64,000 nt of DNA from an uncultured Methanoregulaceae archaeon (GTDB lineage Archaea; Halobacteriota; Methanomicrobia; Methanomicrobiales; Methanospirillaceae). The translations under genes and the position numbers were made by a program. The stretch lies in assembly GCA_963717525.1 (NCBI GenBank), contig OY970343.1, forward strand, positions 1,600,001 through 1,664,000. Direction: 5' to 3'. A model generated the notes under the pieces. That model did no database searches, was not told where the DNA came from, and was given only the letters and a program-made list of their open reading frames with translations. This document shows positions 19,645-31,151 of the stretch, piece after piece; position 1 is the stretch's first letter, and every line of letters begins with the position of its first letter.

Positions 19645-20619
19645 GTGGACAACGCCCCGGATCAGCCGTTCAGCGGGAAACTGCCCGATGTCCAGGCAAC
19701 ATCTCCCGATGTCAGGATCAACCTCACCCGGGTCGGGGTAAAAAACGTAAAAAAACTCGTTGAAGTTACCCGCCCCGATAAGAGGCCGGTCGTTTTTATC
19801 TCGAACTTCGACGTCTACGTGGATCTTCCCGGCAGCCTCAAGGGGGCAAACCTCTCCCGGAATTTCGAGGTGATCGACGAGGTGCTCCAGCAGGCGATCG
19901 ATGGCAAGGTCAACGAGATCGAGAACCTCTGCAGCGCGGTGGCGCGGAAACTGCTCGACCGTCATGAGTACGCCGATCGCACGGAGGTCCTCATGCGCAG
20001 CGAGTTCATGGTCAAGCGCGAGACGCCGGTGAGTCATACGACCTGCCACGAAGTGGTCAAGGTCCATGCGCGGGCGATTGCAAAAAGGACCTTCCGCGAG
20101 CCGATCGTGAGAAAGAGCGTCGGTGCCGAAGTCACGGGCATGACCGCGTGTCCCTGTGCCCAGAATATCATGAAGGAGCGGGCAAACAACGTCCTTGAGA
20201 ACCTGGGTATCGACCAGAATACCATAGATGCGTTCTTTGCCGAAGTCCCGATGGCCACCCATAACCAGCGGGGCCGGGGTTTTCTCTGCATCGAGACTGA
20301 TGACGACCAGTACGTCGACCTTGAGAAGATCATCCATATTCTCAAGGATTCCATGAGCGCCGGTATCTACGAGCTCCTCAAGCGCGGCGACGAAAGTGCA
20401 GTGGTGCTTGCCGCGCACAAGAATCCGCGGTTTGTGGAAGACTGTGTCCGGGAGATGGCAAAAAAAGTCCTGACCGGATTTGACTATCTTCCGGGCGATG
20501 CCGTAGTCACCATCAAGCAGACCAATGAGGAAAGCATCCACCAGCATGACGCGTACGCCGAACGGAGGGCTACGCTCGCAGAACTTCAGGATGAGCTTAA
20601 TGGCGAGAGGAGATTATGA
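19645..20619 (+). CDS. mptA: GTP cyclohydrolase MptA (methanopterin biosynthesis)
   Basis: LPDVQA, KGANLSR, GMTACPCAQ, THNQRG, LLKR.DE, PRFVED.VR, ESIHQH.A. Confidence 0.93.
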   Translation: MDNAPDQPFSGKLPDVQATSPDVRINLTRVGVKNVKKLVEVTRPDKRPVVFISNFDVYVDLPGSLKGANLSRNFEVIDEVLQQAIDGKVNEIENLCSAVARKLLDRHEYADRTEVLMRSEFMVKRETPVSHTTCHEVVKVHARAIAKRTFREPIVRKSVGAEVTGMTACPCAQNIMKERANNVLENLGIDQNTIDAFFAEVPMATHNQRGRGFLCIETDDDQYVDLEKIIHILKDSMSAGIYELLKRGDESAVVLAAHKNPRFVEDCVREMAKKVLTGFDYLPGDAVVTIKQTNEESIHQHDAYAERRATLAELQDELNGERRL

Positions 20620-20924
20620 GGCTGAAAAATACAAAAAAGAAAATAATAATGACCAGTAAATAGAACAAAGTTGTATTTTTTTCAACCTGCTTGCGCGGCC
20701 GGAAAAAACGATAATTTTCCCACCGTTTTTATTTTAATGGCCGATTTGCCCGTTTATTCCTTTTTCAGGTTCCGGGAAATTAAAACAATAAACGTTATAA
20801 AATGGCTCGTTGTAGATAGAGTTGAACGTACTTTGTACGGTCAATTATCTCTAGAGATGAGAGAGTATAGAGTAAATTTTGTACCGCATTACGAACAACT
20901 CAACATACTAATGAGGCGATAATA

Positions 20925-22293
20925 TTGTCGAAAGTTGTAGAGATTTCCCCAACCACAAGACACGAAGGACACTCCAAACTTGTCTTGAAGGTTAACGATC
21001 AGGGTATCATCGAGACGGGTAACTGGTGTTCTATTACCCCGGTGAGGGGCGTCGAGAAGCTTGCCGTTGGCAAGACCCCCGAACAGGTGCCGAAGATCGC
21101 ATCCCGTGTCTGTGGTATCTGTCCGATTGCCCACAACATCGCAGGTACCGAAGCGATGGAAGCATCCATCAAGTGCGAGATCCCGAAGGACGCAAAGATG
21201 CTCCGTCACATCCTGCAGCTGGCCAACCGGTGCCACAGCATTGCACTGCACGACATCCTGATCCTGCCCGATTTCTATATCCCGGGCACCGAGACCAAGA
21301 TCAACCCGTTCACGGCAGAAGAGCCGGTGCGCACCGTTGCAAAGCGCATCCAGCGCCTCCGTGAGATCGGCCAGACCATCGGCCAGATCTCCGGTGGCGA
21401 CTGCATCCACCCGAGAAACACCCGTGTCGGTGGTATGTACCGGAACTGCTCCGAGCAGGCCAAGACCAAGATGTACGACCTCGCGAAGGAAGGACTTGTC
21501 CTCGCCCACGCTCAGGCAGAGTTCATGATCGCGGTTATCCGCGCCTACCACAAGAGAGACTCTGTTGATGTCGGCGGCATGAAGGTTGCACTTCCCAAGG
21601 ATCTCGGCTTCCACGACCAGGGCTACCTTGCAACCCACGCGTTCTACGGCAGCTCGAGCCTGGAAGAGTGCCCCAGCTGGGACATCGACCGGTTCAAGGA
21701 AGTCCGGCCGTGGGACTGGTACATGGGTGAGATGGAAGTCTCGCTCGAAGAGCCCAGGTATCCCGTTGGCGGAACCACCAAGATCGGCACCAAGGTCAAC
21801 CCCCAGATGGAAGCCTGCACCGGTATCCCGATGTACGACGGCCAGCCTGTTGAAGTCGGCCCGCGTGCCCGTCTCGTCACGTACAAGCACTTTGACGAGA
21901 AGGGAACCCAGGGACAAAACGTTGCCCGTGAAATGGAGTACCAGGACTGCTTCTATGAGATGATCGACTGCCTTGACGAGCTGAACACGAGCGGTAAGGT
22001 CATTGCGGACTACATCCCCGACGGCGACGGCTCTCTGGGCTGGGCATCCAACGAGGCCCCCCGCGGTACCGATGTCCACATTGCACGCGTAAAGGACTGG
22101 AAGGTCCAGGTACTACAGCATGCTCGTCCCGACCACGTGGAACTTTGCGACCTGCAGCGCCGCACTCAAGGGTGCACCCTGGCAGCTCGCTGAAGTCATC
22201 ATGCGCGGGTACGACCCCTGTGTGTCATGTGCAACCCACATGATCGTCGTGGATGAGGACAACAAGTTAGTGGCTCAGAAGCTCATCCAGTGA
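20925..22293 (+). CDS. frhA: F420-reducing [NiFe]-hydrogenase alpha subunit (+1 frameshift at ~22110)
   Basis: PTTRHEGH, RVCGICPIAH; the shifted frame continues VPTTWN..RGYDPCVSCATH (Cys, not Sec) plus a cleavable C-terminal tail. Confidence 0.95.
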
Positions 22294-22304
22294 GTAACCC
22301 CACC

Positions 22305-22847
22305 ATGCTGTATCCGGAGATCGTGGTTGCAGGGTGTGGAAACCCCCTGTTTGCCGATGACGGCTTTGGCCCGGCAGTAATCGAAGAGATGGAAAAACTC
22401 ACGCTTCCCGACAATGTAATGATAGTGGACGCGGGCCTTGGCGGCCCGCACTTTATTTTTACACTGCTCGACCCGGAAGTGACAAAGAAACTCGTGATCG
22501 TTGATATTGCTGATTATGGGGCGGAGCCGGGATCGATTACCAAGCTCCGCGTCGAGGATCTCCCCCCGGGATCGTATCGCGATGCCCATTCGTGGGACCT
22601 CGCCGAACCATTGCAGCGTATCAAGGACCGGATAGAGATTACGGTCATCGGATGCCAGCCGGCACGGGTTACATCCCCGGAATTTGAGATCGGGCTTTCG
22701 GACGAAGTCCAGAAAGCGATCCCCAAGACCATCCGGGTGATACTGGAAACAATCGGAGTGGATTATGGGACTACTATCAAGTGTATTCAAGAAGAACGCC
22801 AGCCCGGAACCGCCAAAACCAGCTGCGGCTCCCTCAAAATCAGCTGA
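22305..22847 (+). CDS. frhD: F420-reducing hydrogenase maturation protease
   Basis: VAGCGNPLFADDGFGP, IVDAG, DAH; operon position. Confidence 0.93.
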   Translation: MLYPEIVVAGCGNPLFADDGFGPAVIEEMEKLTLPDNVMIVDAGLGGPHFIFTLLDPEVTKKLVIVDIADYGAEPGSITKLRVEDLPPGSYRDAHSWDLAEPLQRIKDRIEITVIGCQPARVTSPEFEIGLSDEVQKAIPKTIRVILETIGVDYGTTIKCIQEERQPGTAKTSCGSLKIS

Positions 22848-23652
22848 CGTTGCAGTAAAACCAGCAGAAACAAAAAAGGAGGTTAAGCCTGTGGCTGATA
22901 AGATTACATTAGGTTACACACACCTGAGTGGGTGTACCGGTTGCACTGTGGCACTCGCAGACAACTATGCCGGATTATTAACTCTCCTCGACAGATATGT
23001 CGACCTGAAATATATGCCAACCCTTGCAGATGTCAGGCATGTCCAGAAGGTCGATGTTTCATTTGTCGAAGGTTCATGTTGTATTAACGACAAACTCGCA
23101 GTAGAGGAACTCAAGGAAACCCGTGAGAAGTCAGCAGTGGTCGTCGCCCTTGGCGGCTGCGCCTGCTACGGCAACATTACCCGGTTCTCCCGCGGTGGCC
23201 AGCAGAACCAGCCGGCCCACGAAGCATACCTGCCGATAGGCGATATCATCAAGGTCGACGTGTACATCCCCGGATGCGCACCTACCCCGCAGATGATCAG
23301 GAACGTCGCTGTCATGGCGTACCTGCTCCTCAAGGGAACCAAGGAACAGAAAGACCTCGCAACTGCATTCCTCAAGCCCCTTATGATGGCGGCAAACGAA
23401 GGAACCAGCGCCTGCTTCTGCGACCTGATGACCAAGGTTATCAACCAGGGTCTCTGCATGGGATGCGGCAGCTGTGCATCAGCCTGCCCGGTCAATGCAA
23501 TTACCCACGAGTACGGCAAGCCCCAGGGCGAGCGCGACCTGTGCATCAAGTGCGGTGCGTGCTACAACCAGTGCCCGCGGAGCTGGTTCAGCTTCGATGT
23601 TGTCGAGAACTATGAGGCGATCAACGAGGCCATCATGGCGGCACTCCAGTGA
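22765..23652 (+). CDS. frhG: F420-reducing hydrogenase gamma subunit
   Basis: HLSGCTGC, GGCACYG, IPGCAP, two ferredoxin motifs (CMGCGSC...CP, CIKCGAC...CP); alternative GTG start at 22891 with GGAGG SD. Confidence 0.93.
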   Translation: MGLLSSVFKKNASPEPPKPAAAPSKSADVAVKPAETKKEVKPVADKITLGYTHLSGCTGCTVALADNYAGLLTLLDRYVDLKYMPTLADVRHVQKVDVSFVEGSCCINDKLAVEELKETREKSAVVVALGGCACYGNITRFSRGGQQNQPAHEAYLPIGDIIKVDVYIPGCAPTPQMIRNVAVMAYLLLKGTKEQKDLATAFLKPLMMAANEGTSACFCDLMTKVINQGLCMGCGSCASACPVNAITHEYGKPQGERDLCIKCGACYNQCPRSWFSFDVVENYEAINEAIMAALQ

Positions 23653-23663
23653 AGGTGATTGAA

Positions 23664-24590
23664 ATGGGAGCAGAACTCGGTAAATACAAGGCATGCGTCT
23701 CAGCACGAAGCACCGACAAGGAGATTCTCAAGCACGCCCAGGACGGCGGCATTGTTACATCCCTCTTCGGATATGCACTCGACGCAGGTATCATTGACGG
23801 CGCAATTGTCGCTGCAACCAAGGAATTCGCGCACAAGCACCCGGAAAAAGCCATGCGGGACAACTCGAATATGGAGTTCCATGAGCCCTGGAGACCAATT
23901 CCGGTCATTGTTACATCAAAGGCGGATCTGCTTGCAGCAGCAGGCACCAAGTACAACATCAGCCCGAACGTCTCCATGATCAAGGAGGCAACCCGCAGCT
24001 TCGGCCTGGACAAGGTCGGTATCGTTGGAACCCCCTGCCAGATGCAGGCAATCCGGAAACTCCAGCTCTACCCGATCGGTGCCCGTGACGTTGGCGCCAG
24101 CATTGCTCTTGCAGTCGGTATCTTCTGCATGGAGAACTTCCCGTACCAGAGCATCCTCCAGCTCGTGGAAGACCACGCGGCGATGAAGCTCGAGGCCGTC
24201 AAGAAGATGGAGATCGGCAAGGGCAAATTCTGGGTCTACGGCAAGCGCGGACAGGTCGTTCAGCTGCCGCTCAAGGTGACCCACAAGTACGAGCAGCCCG
24301 GCTGCCACGTATGCCTCGACTACGTTGCAAACCTCGGCGATATCTCCACCGGTTCCGTTGGCAGCCCCGACGGCTGGTCCACCGTCTTTGTCAGGTCAAA
24401 GATCGGTGACGCAGTCTGGGCAAAGGCAATGGCAGACGGTGTCTTCGAGACCCAGCCTATCGAGAAGGTCAAGCCCGGCCTTGAACTCGTGACCAAGCTC
24501 GCAACCGAGAAGATCACGAAGAACAAGAACACTCTTGAGGCCCGCAAGACTTTCGGTGTTGGCAAGGCTCTCCGGAACCCCTACATCTAA
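23664..24590 (+). CDS. frhB: F420-reducing hydrogenase beta subunit
   Basis: AQDGGIVT, AAGTKY, GTPCQ, GIFCMENF, GCHVC.DY, GSVGSPDGWSTV. Confidence 0.95.
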   Translation: MGAELGKYKACVSARSTDKEILKHAQDGGIVTSLFGYALDAGIIDGAIVAATKEFAHKHPEKAMRDNSNMEFHEPWRPIPVIVTSKADLLAAAGTKYNISPNVSMIKEATRSFGLDKVGIVGTPCQMQAIRKLQLYPIGARDVGASIALAVGIFCMENFPYQSILQLVEDHAAMKLEAVKKMEIGKGKFWVYGKRGQVVQLPLKVTHKYEQPGCHVCLDYVANLGDISTGSVGSPDGWSTVFVRSKIGDAVWAKAMADGVFETQPIEKVKPGLELVTKLATEKITKNKNTLEARKTFGVGKALRNPYI

Positions 24591-24740
24591 ATCTTTTTTT
24601 AAAAGAGAAGGCAGCCTTCACAAGGTGCATGTGCGGTAAAACTTAAAGATATGCCAGACTGCAGGTGCCGCCGGTGCAGGGAAAGTTACTGAAAGGCGTC
24701 AAACACGCGAAGATGAGCCATCCTCTCTGAACGCGGGTTG

Positions 24741-25052
24741 TCAGACTCCCCAGTTCCTGATCTCCCGGATCGAGGCGCCCGGGGTCAGGTGCAGGAAAAA
24801 TCCTGCAATTGCCCCCTGAAGCGCAGCCTCCTTTGAAGGATACGTCCCGGTATCGCGGTGATAGTCCTTGCCACCTTTCTCCCGCACGGCAAGGTTTGCG
24901 ATCCCGGAATACGTGCTGCCCGAACGTATTATCTTGACCTTGAGGGGGACATCGACATCCCTGATATCGATCTCATAGATCCCGACCAGTTCGCGTACCT
25001 GCAGGATATCCGGGTACTGCCGGGCCAGGTCATCATCCGGTGATGGTGTCAC
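24741..25052 (-). CDS. Hypothetical protein
   Basis: 103-aa ORF, GTG start preceded by AGAGGG; no motif recognised. Confidence 0.55.
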   Translation of the reverse strand: MTPSPDDDLARQYPDILQVRELVGIYEIDIRDVDVPLKVKIIRSGSTYSGIANLAVREKGGKDYHRDTGTYPSKEAALQGAIAGFFLHLTPGASIREIRNWGV

Positions 25053-25322
25053 ACCCCTCTATGGACTGCCGGACAGGAAAAAGGGATCCGTTTTTCTCAC
25101 ATGTCATACACCCCACCGGATTGGGTCCGGGACCCGGAGGATTTGATTTCTTGGGCCATATGGCCAATAAACTGCCGGCTGATTTATACTAAACCAATCC
25201 GAACGGGAAGTCCCGCTCTCGCGAAAAAAAATTCCCGTGGGCTGCCGTATTGGTATTTCTCCCCGATTGCGTCGAAACCGCAGTCTTTATGCAGCGACGC
25301 AAGGAATTTACTAGAGAAGAAC

Positions 25323-26033
25323 ATGGCCAGAAAATGCGGGAACTGCGGCGCTCCTGCCCCCGATACCAATTCGCGGTTCTGCGACCTGTGCGGGGCGCCG
25401 CTCATCGAAGAGCCGGTTACACCGCAGGGGCTGCCGGTCTGCCCGGCCTGCGGGACCATCGTCTCCGATAAGAAGGCACAGTTCTGCGATGTATGCGGGG
25501 CTCCGCTGGCAAAACCGGTCTGCCCGGCCTGCGGCACCCCGGCACCGTCTTCCCGCTCAAAATTCTGTACCCGGTGCGGTGCCACCTTCGGGCCCCCGGT
25601 CCCGGGGAAAAGCCGGACTGTCCCCGCTGTTCCTGTTGCACCTGTTCCAGATCCGGAACCAGAACCGGTTGTAGTCAGGTCACGGAAAGGGCGGCTGCCG
25701 GCACCTGGTGATCCCCCGGAGGAATGGGATCCCTGGACTGACGGGGACCCGCTCTATGATATATCGACGCCGCTGCCCCTGCAGCCACAGCAGAGACCTC
25801 TCACCGACCTCGAACGCATTGCCGGGGGAATGGTGCCACGGCCCAAGCCTGTCAAAGACCCTGAACCACAACCCCCTGGCTCACAGAAAAAATATGCCCA
25901 CCTCCCCCTTGTCGCCGATGAATTAAAGCAGGACGCCGAACGCCGCGCCGCTCCCGGAACTGCGAAGGGTGCTGAGCCCGGGAAGAAGGGACGACAGGGA
26001 AAAAAGGGCGGGATGTTCAAATTCCTGAAGTGA
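25323..26033 (+). CDS. Zinc-ribbon (double zinc ribbon-like) protein with Pro-rich tail
   Basis: Three CxxCG..(F)CxxCG pairs, then Pro-rich low-complexity region and KKGGMFKFLK end. Confidence 0.75.
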   Translation: MARKCGNCGAPAPDTNSRFCDLCGAPLIEEPVTPQGLPVCPACGTIVSDKKAQFCDVCGAPLAKPVCPACGTPAPSSRSKFCTRCGATFGPPVPGKSRTVPAVPVAPVPDPEPEPVVVRSRKGRLPAPGDPPEEWDPWTDGDPLYDISTPLPLQPQQRPLTDLERIAGGMVPRPKPVKDPEPQPPGSQKKYAHLPLVADELKQDAERRAAPGTAKGAEPGKKGRQGKKGGMFKFLK

Positions 26034-26096
26034 TGGCAGGCTCCCGCACTCATCTCCCTTCTTTTACCGTAGTGCCGGAAACAGGAGCGGCAGTCC

Positions 26097-26936
26097 TCAT
26101 TCGAAGTATCGGACAATATTCCGGAAGATTGCCATGTTGAGCGATTCTTCAGGGATCCGCTCGCCGCTCCGCCGCATCTGCTCTTTCTGGAGCGGCCAGT
26201 CATAGAGGCCGGTAAACTCCATCGCCCGCTCGGGGTGCGGCATCATACCCAGCACCTTGCCGTCTTTTGAAGTGAGGCCGGCGATATCCTCCATCGAACC
26301 GTTCGGGTTGAACGGATACTCACCGCCGGCCGGGCTCAAATCATCCCGGCAGTAGGTGAACGCGATCTGCTTGTGCTTCCTGATTTTCTGGAGAGTCTCC
26401 GCGGAGCAGGAGAGGTTTCCCTCCCCATGGGATACCGGGCACCAGAGCTTCACGATCCCGTGCGTCCAGATGGTGTCTGCCGCAGGACGGATTGTCACGA
26501 ACCGGCATTCGAGCCGCCCGCTCCGGTTGGGCATCAGGGCGATATCCCGGGCGTACGACCGGTCAAATGCAGGGACGAGCCCGAGGTTTGCAAGGATCTG
26601 GAACCCGTTGCAGATCCCCAGAACGAGGTTGTCGCCGTCCAGAAATTCCAGGAGATCGTCCCAGAGGTTGTTTCTCACACGGTTTGCGTATGCGTTGCCG
26701 GCGCCGGTATCGTCCCCGTAGGAGAAGCCCCCGGGAAAAACCAGGAGCCGGTAATCCGCGAGGCGTTCCCGCCCGGTAATCAGGTCGTTGATGTGGACAA
26801 TCTCCGCGTCCATGCCGGCCCGGAGGAGCGCCTCCCGTGTCTCCATCTCCGAGTTGATCCCGTACCCGCTCATGATAAGGGCCTTCTCCGGGATAATGGG
26901 CTGGCGGGACGAGGGTGATGTATGTGCGGAGGGCAT
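26097..26936 (-). CDS. purQ: Phosphoribosylformylglycinamidine synthase subunit PurQ
   Basis: FPGGFSYGD, LGICNGFQ, SHGEG, NPNGS, GMMPHPER. Confidence 0.93.
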   Translation of the reverse strand: MPSAHTSPSSRQPIIPEKALIMSGYGINSEMETREALLRAGMDAEIVHINDLITGRERLADYRLLVFPGGFSYGDDTGAGNAYANRVRNNLWDDLLEFLDGDNLVLGICNGFQILANLGLVPAFDRSYARDIALMPNRSGRLECRFVTIRPAADTIWTHGIVKLWCPVSHGEGNLSCSAETLQKIRKHKQIAFTYCRDDLSPAGGEYPFNPNGSMEDIAGLTSKDGKVLGMMPHPERAMEFTGLYDWPLQKEQMRRSGERIPEESLNMAIFRNIVRYFE

Positions 26937-26937
26937 A

Positions 26938-29879
26938 TCAAAATCCCCTGAAGGGCGCTTTGTAGACCTCTTCCAGTGCTGCGATCTCCTGCTCTAAAAG
27001 GAGCGTTCGGCCGGTGACCCGGAGCCGGCCCCCCCGGTTTTTCCGAGCAGCAGCGCATCGGCGCCGAGCGCCGTTTCGAATGCCCGTTTATGATCCGGCG
27101 CGACGGTAACGACGAAACGCCCGAGCGTCTCGGAAAAGAGGAAGAAATCTGGTCGCAGGGTGCCGGGAATAGTGATATCCATGCCGAGCCGGCCGGCGAT
27201 TGCGACCTTTGCAAGCGCCACACAGAGGCCCCCATGGCCGACCGGGTACGCAGAGGCCACGAGCTCGTGGGCGATCGCGTCTGACAGTTTGGTGTAGCGC
27301 ACCCGTGCCGTAGCAGCATCGAGCCGGGGCACGGTGCTCCCCACTGCGCCGAGATGGGCAAAATATTCCGACCCGGCCAGCTCTTCCTCCGTCCCGCCGA
27401 TCACGTACACGAGGTCTCCGGCAATTTTTGCATCGAGCGAGACGGCCTTTGCCACATCGCTGTGGATCCCGATGGACGAGATCAGGAGCGTGGGCGGGAC
27501 AGAAACCTTAACCCGGTTGTTTTCCTCGTCGTAACCAGAAAAATCGTTGAACATGCTGTCCTTGCCGGAGATAAACGGCGTCCCGAAGGCTTTTGCATAA
27601 TCGTAACACCCCATGGCAGCCTGTTTGAGCTGCCACAGGCGCTCCGGCTCATCGGACGAGCACCAGCAGAAATTGTCAAGGAGCGCGATTGATTCCGGAG
27701 AGATCCCAATCGCGACAAGCCCCCGGATAGCGGTGTCGATCGCGGCCCCGGCCATGCGGTACGGATCGATCTCGGAGTACGAATGGAAGAGCGCCTGCGA
27801 GAGCCCGACGCCTTTTTTCGATCCGGGCACCACTTTTGTGAGCGTCGCCACCGACTGTACACGGCCTTTTCCCTGCACGGGCCCGAGCACGTGGCCGCCC
27901 TGCACGGTATGGTCGTACTGGATCGAGACAAATTCCGTCGAACAGATATTCCGGCGCCCAAGCATTGCAAGAAGAGTATCACCGAGCCGGTCCGGGCAGG
28001 GCGGGAGAGGGCCGGGCTCCACCGCCTTCACCAGCGTTGTAGTGAGGTGTTTTTTCGGCAGTCCGTCATGCAGGAACGCGAGATCGATGTCCATCACAAC
28101 CTTCCCGTGGTACTCCACCACGCACCTTCCCGTGTCCGTGAACCACCCGATCACCGTCGCTTCGACCTCCCGGCGGGCAAGGAGCCCGGTGAAGTTCTCA
28201 AGCTTGTCCGGCGGGACGGCGAGCGTCATGCGCTCCTGCGATTCGGAGATCCAGATCTCCCACGGGGCCATCCCGGGGTACTTCAGGGGCACCCGGTCGA
28301 GCTCCACGTGGCAGCCGTTGCATTCCTTTGCCATCTCGGCCACCGAGCAGGAGAGGCCGCCGGCGCCGTTGTCTGTGATACTCCGGTACAGGCCGAGATC
28401 CCGGGCCTCTTTCACAAGCACATCCGAGAATTTCTTCTGGGTGATCGGGTCGCCGATCTGTACCGCGGTGACCGGACTCTCCGGGTCAAGGGCCTCGGAC
28501 GAGAACGTGGCGCCATGGATGCCATCTTTTCCAACCCGTCCGCCCACCATCACGATAAGGTCGCCGGGCTCCGCTTTCTTCTCAAAGAGTTTCCTTCCCT
28601 CATGTTCCCGTGGCATCACGCCGACCGTGCCGGCAAAAACGAGAGGCTTGCCTGCGTACCGGTCATCGAACCAGCAGAAGCCCTGCGGCGTCGGGATACC
28701 CGAGCAGTTACCCCCCACACCTACACCCCGCACGACACCGTCGAGGATCTGCCGGGGGGACAGGATGGGGCTTGTACCGTCCCTGCCCCGGTACAGCTTC
28801 GGGTCTGTTGCCGGGTCGCCGACGCAGAACCCGTAGATATTGATACAGGGCTTTGCACCGAGGCCAAAGCCGATCGTGTCCCGATTCACACCGACAATCC
28901 CGGTGAGCGCCCCGCCGAACGGGTCAAGGGCGGAGGGCGAGTTGTGGGTCTCGACCTTGTGGGTCACGAGATACTCGTCGTCGAAAATGATCGCGCCGGA
29001 GTTGTCGGTAAAGACCGTAACGCAGATGTCGCGGTCCCCTTTCTCCGCCCGGATCTCGTTTGTCGCTGCCTGGATGCAGGTCTTGTACAGGCCTTTTGGG
29101 AGATCGTCATCCATAGCCGACGCGAAGATCGTGTGCTTGCAGTGCTCGCTCCATGTCTGGGCAAGGGATTCGATCTCGACGTCAGTAGGCGCGCGCCCGG
29201 AACGGTTGAAATAATCGCGGATCGCGTGGAGCTGGGCAAGATCGAGCGCGAGCGGGCCCCTACGCTGGCCGGTCTGCGGGTCAATGATCCCCTCCTTTCC
29301 CAGCCGTGCGAGCTCCGCATCCGGGATTGCGAGGTCCACCGTTCCTGCGGCGGGAAGCTCATGGAGCCTGACCTGCGGGACAACCCGGTCCATCCCGGCC
29401 TCCCCGTATTCCTGACGGGTCTTCGTGCTCACCCGGTTGACGAGCGGGTTTGCAAGGGTCGCCGCGAGACGTGCGAGAACGTCGGGGGCGAGCCTGCCGC
29501 GGACGAGGTAGAGGGACGAGGATGAAACGGTCTCGCCCTCACCAAAGGAGATGCCGAGATAGTCCTCGATCATCTGGCGGGCGGTCGCACCCACATTATC
29601 GGTCACACCGGGCAAAAACCCGACCTCGATCGCGTACTCGAAAAGTGCCCGTGTCGCTTCGTCCACCACGAAGTCCTGCACCACGGGATTGGTGAGCCGG
29701 GCGCCGATCTCCGCGAGTTCGGCACGGGAAACATCCTTCTGAACAGTTGCAATGGTGTAGACCTCCACAAGATGCAGCTCGTCGATCAAAAACCCGAGCG
29801 ACCGGATCCGGTCCGTACGGATTTTTTCGCGGGGATCTTTTTTATAGTGAACTTCTATGCGGTGGACAAAAGAAGCCAT
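26938..29879 (-). CDS. purL: Phosphoribosylformylglycinamidine synthase subunit PurL (-1 frameshift in C7 run 27029-27035)
   Basis: QTWSEHCKH, KVETHNSPS, DNGAGGL, SESQERM, ISGKDSM; adding one base gives a normal end ..YKAPFRGF-stop just before purQ. Confidence 0.93.
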
Positions 29880-29994
29880 GCGTAATGGTGTGCCCTAAAA
29901 GAAGAAAATACGTACCGTCCCGGCCTGCATAGGATCCGGGCATTCCTGAAAGGATGACCAGCGATTCCCACAAGCTCAAGGAAAAACCAGAAAA

Positions 29995-30489
29995 TTATTT
30001 TTCCTGCCGCTTCACGGTCACCGGGTCGATCATCGCGTTGATCGCGAGGTCAAACGGCACCACCCCGGTCCAGCCTGCACGGGCAAACATGTCCTGGAAA
30101 CAGACGCCCACGACCTTTGCCCCGGAGTGACGGGCGGCCAGATCGCGGACCTGCTCTTTTGTCACCGGCATCAGGGGCATCGCGAGCCCGCCCATAATGA
30201 CGAGAACACGGGGACTGGTCACGGAGACCGGTTCACCCGCAGCCTGCATGCCAACGTCGGGCACGTCATGGATTGCATGCGCCTTTGCCTCGTCAAGCAG
30301 TGGCACGAAGGCCTGCCGGAGGTGCAGGCCCCGGATCGCGACAGCGAGCAATTCGGCAAACGGCGTGCAGGTCCCCACGCAGCCGTAGTACACGATAAGA
30401 TCTCCCTCGCTGAGGTTGAGGCTTTTGATATATTCCTTGAACGGGCGCAGGATGCCGGGGATGCCGCGAAGGGCCTCTTGTTCTGTCAT
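29995..30489 (-). CDS. DUF2124-like methanogen protein
   Basis: YYGC.GTCTPFAELLA, MGGLAMP, VGVCF..MF. Confidence 0.75.
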   Translation of the reverse strand: MTEQEALRGIPGILRPFKEYIKSLNLSEGDLIVYYGCVGTCTPFAELLAVAIRGLHLRQAFVPLLDEAKAHAIHDVPDVGMQAAGEPVSVTSPRVLVIMGGLAMPLMPVTKEQVRDLAARHSGAKVVGVCFQDMFARAGWTGVVPFDLAINAMIDPVTVKRQEK

Positions 30490-30554
30490 ACCAGATCAAC
30501 CATCGGGGCAAATTGCTATTAAAAGTTCCCAAACCGGCCCGCCAGGCCTGTTTT

Positions 30555-31052
30555 TCACCGGAACCGGTCATCGGACCTTGTATGGTGTGCATTGTGCGCG
30601 ACCGGTTCAAGCCAGCCGCAGCGCTTATCGGGATAAGAATCAAAGGCCGGCACATAGGGCTTGATATCCAGGAGCGGCGTGCCATCGAGAACGTCCACAT
30701 CCTCGATCGAGAGCGTGCACCCGTCAATACCGGTGAGCCGGACAACCGAGAGGCCGATCGCGTTGGGGCGTTTTGGCGACCGGGTCGCAAAAACGCCGCG
30801 GGGCACCGGATCGAGAAATGGCGTAACCTTCAGGGAATATCCTGAACACCGGTGGAGGGCATACAGCAGGATAATCCGTGAGAACCCGCCAAGGTCAGTG
30901 AGCCCCCCACAGAGGCCGGGTTCGAGCTCGATCGTTCCCTGCACGCCCCGTGCCCCGTTCGGCTGGATGGGCATGCCGGCGATATCCGAAAACGGTGAGT
31001 GGATCGTCCCAATCGGATGATATACAATGGCCGGGCCGGAAGCATCGTCCAT
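30555..31052 (-). CDS. tsaA: tRNA m6t6A37 methyltransferase TsaA/TrmO family
   Basis: PIGTIHSPF, GVFATRSP.RPNAIGLS, DVLDGTPLLDIKPY. Confidence 0.9.
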   Translation of the reverse strand: MDDASGPAIVYHPIGTIHSPFSDIAGMPIQPNGARGVQGTIELEPGLCGGLTDLGGFSRIILLYALHRCSGYSLKVTPFLDPVPRGVFATRSPKRPNAIGLSVVRLTGIDGCTLSIEDVDVLDGTPLLDIKPYVPAFDSYPDKRCGWLEPVAHNAHHTRSDDRFR

Positions 31053-31151
31053 GGATGAGGGTTTGACCTGTGAAGGTAAAAAATCCCGGTACCACTGGCC
31101 GGGAACTTCTTTAGGTATAACGATCAACGCTCCTTCCAAAGGGACACCCGC

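Noticed and set aside
22100..22293. Selenocysteine or programmed frameshifting in frhA
   Set aside because: The C-terminal motif is DPCVSC with Cys codons. The shift is an extra G at GTAC like several others, with no slippery site.
24651..24692. 13-codon Cys-rich micro-ORF (MPDCRCRRCRESY) after frhB
   Set aside because: It is too short, with no SD or other support.
27613..29525. Long plus-strand ORFs (407 and 580 aa) opposite purL; similarly 19552-20547 and 20889-22079
   Set aside because: Antisense ORFs are expected from GC-rich codon bias, and these have no motifs.
18543..29879. Genome decay or pseudogenisation of ilvC, frhA and purL
   Set aside because: Each has a single indel and is otherwise fully conserved. 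Systematic sequencing error is more parsimonious.
699..31052. Functional clustering of t6A-modifying genes (MtaB-like and tsaA) with tRNA-Asn/Ile2
   Set aside because: They are 10-30 kb apart among unrelated housekeeping genes, so this is probably coincidental.
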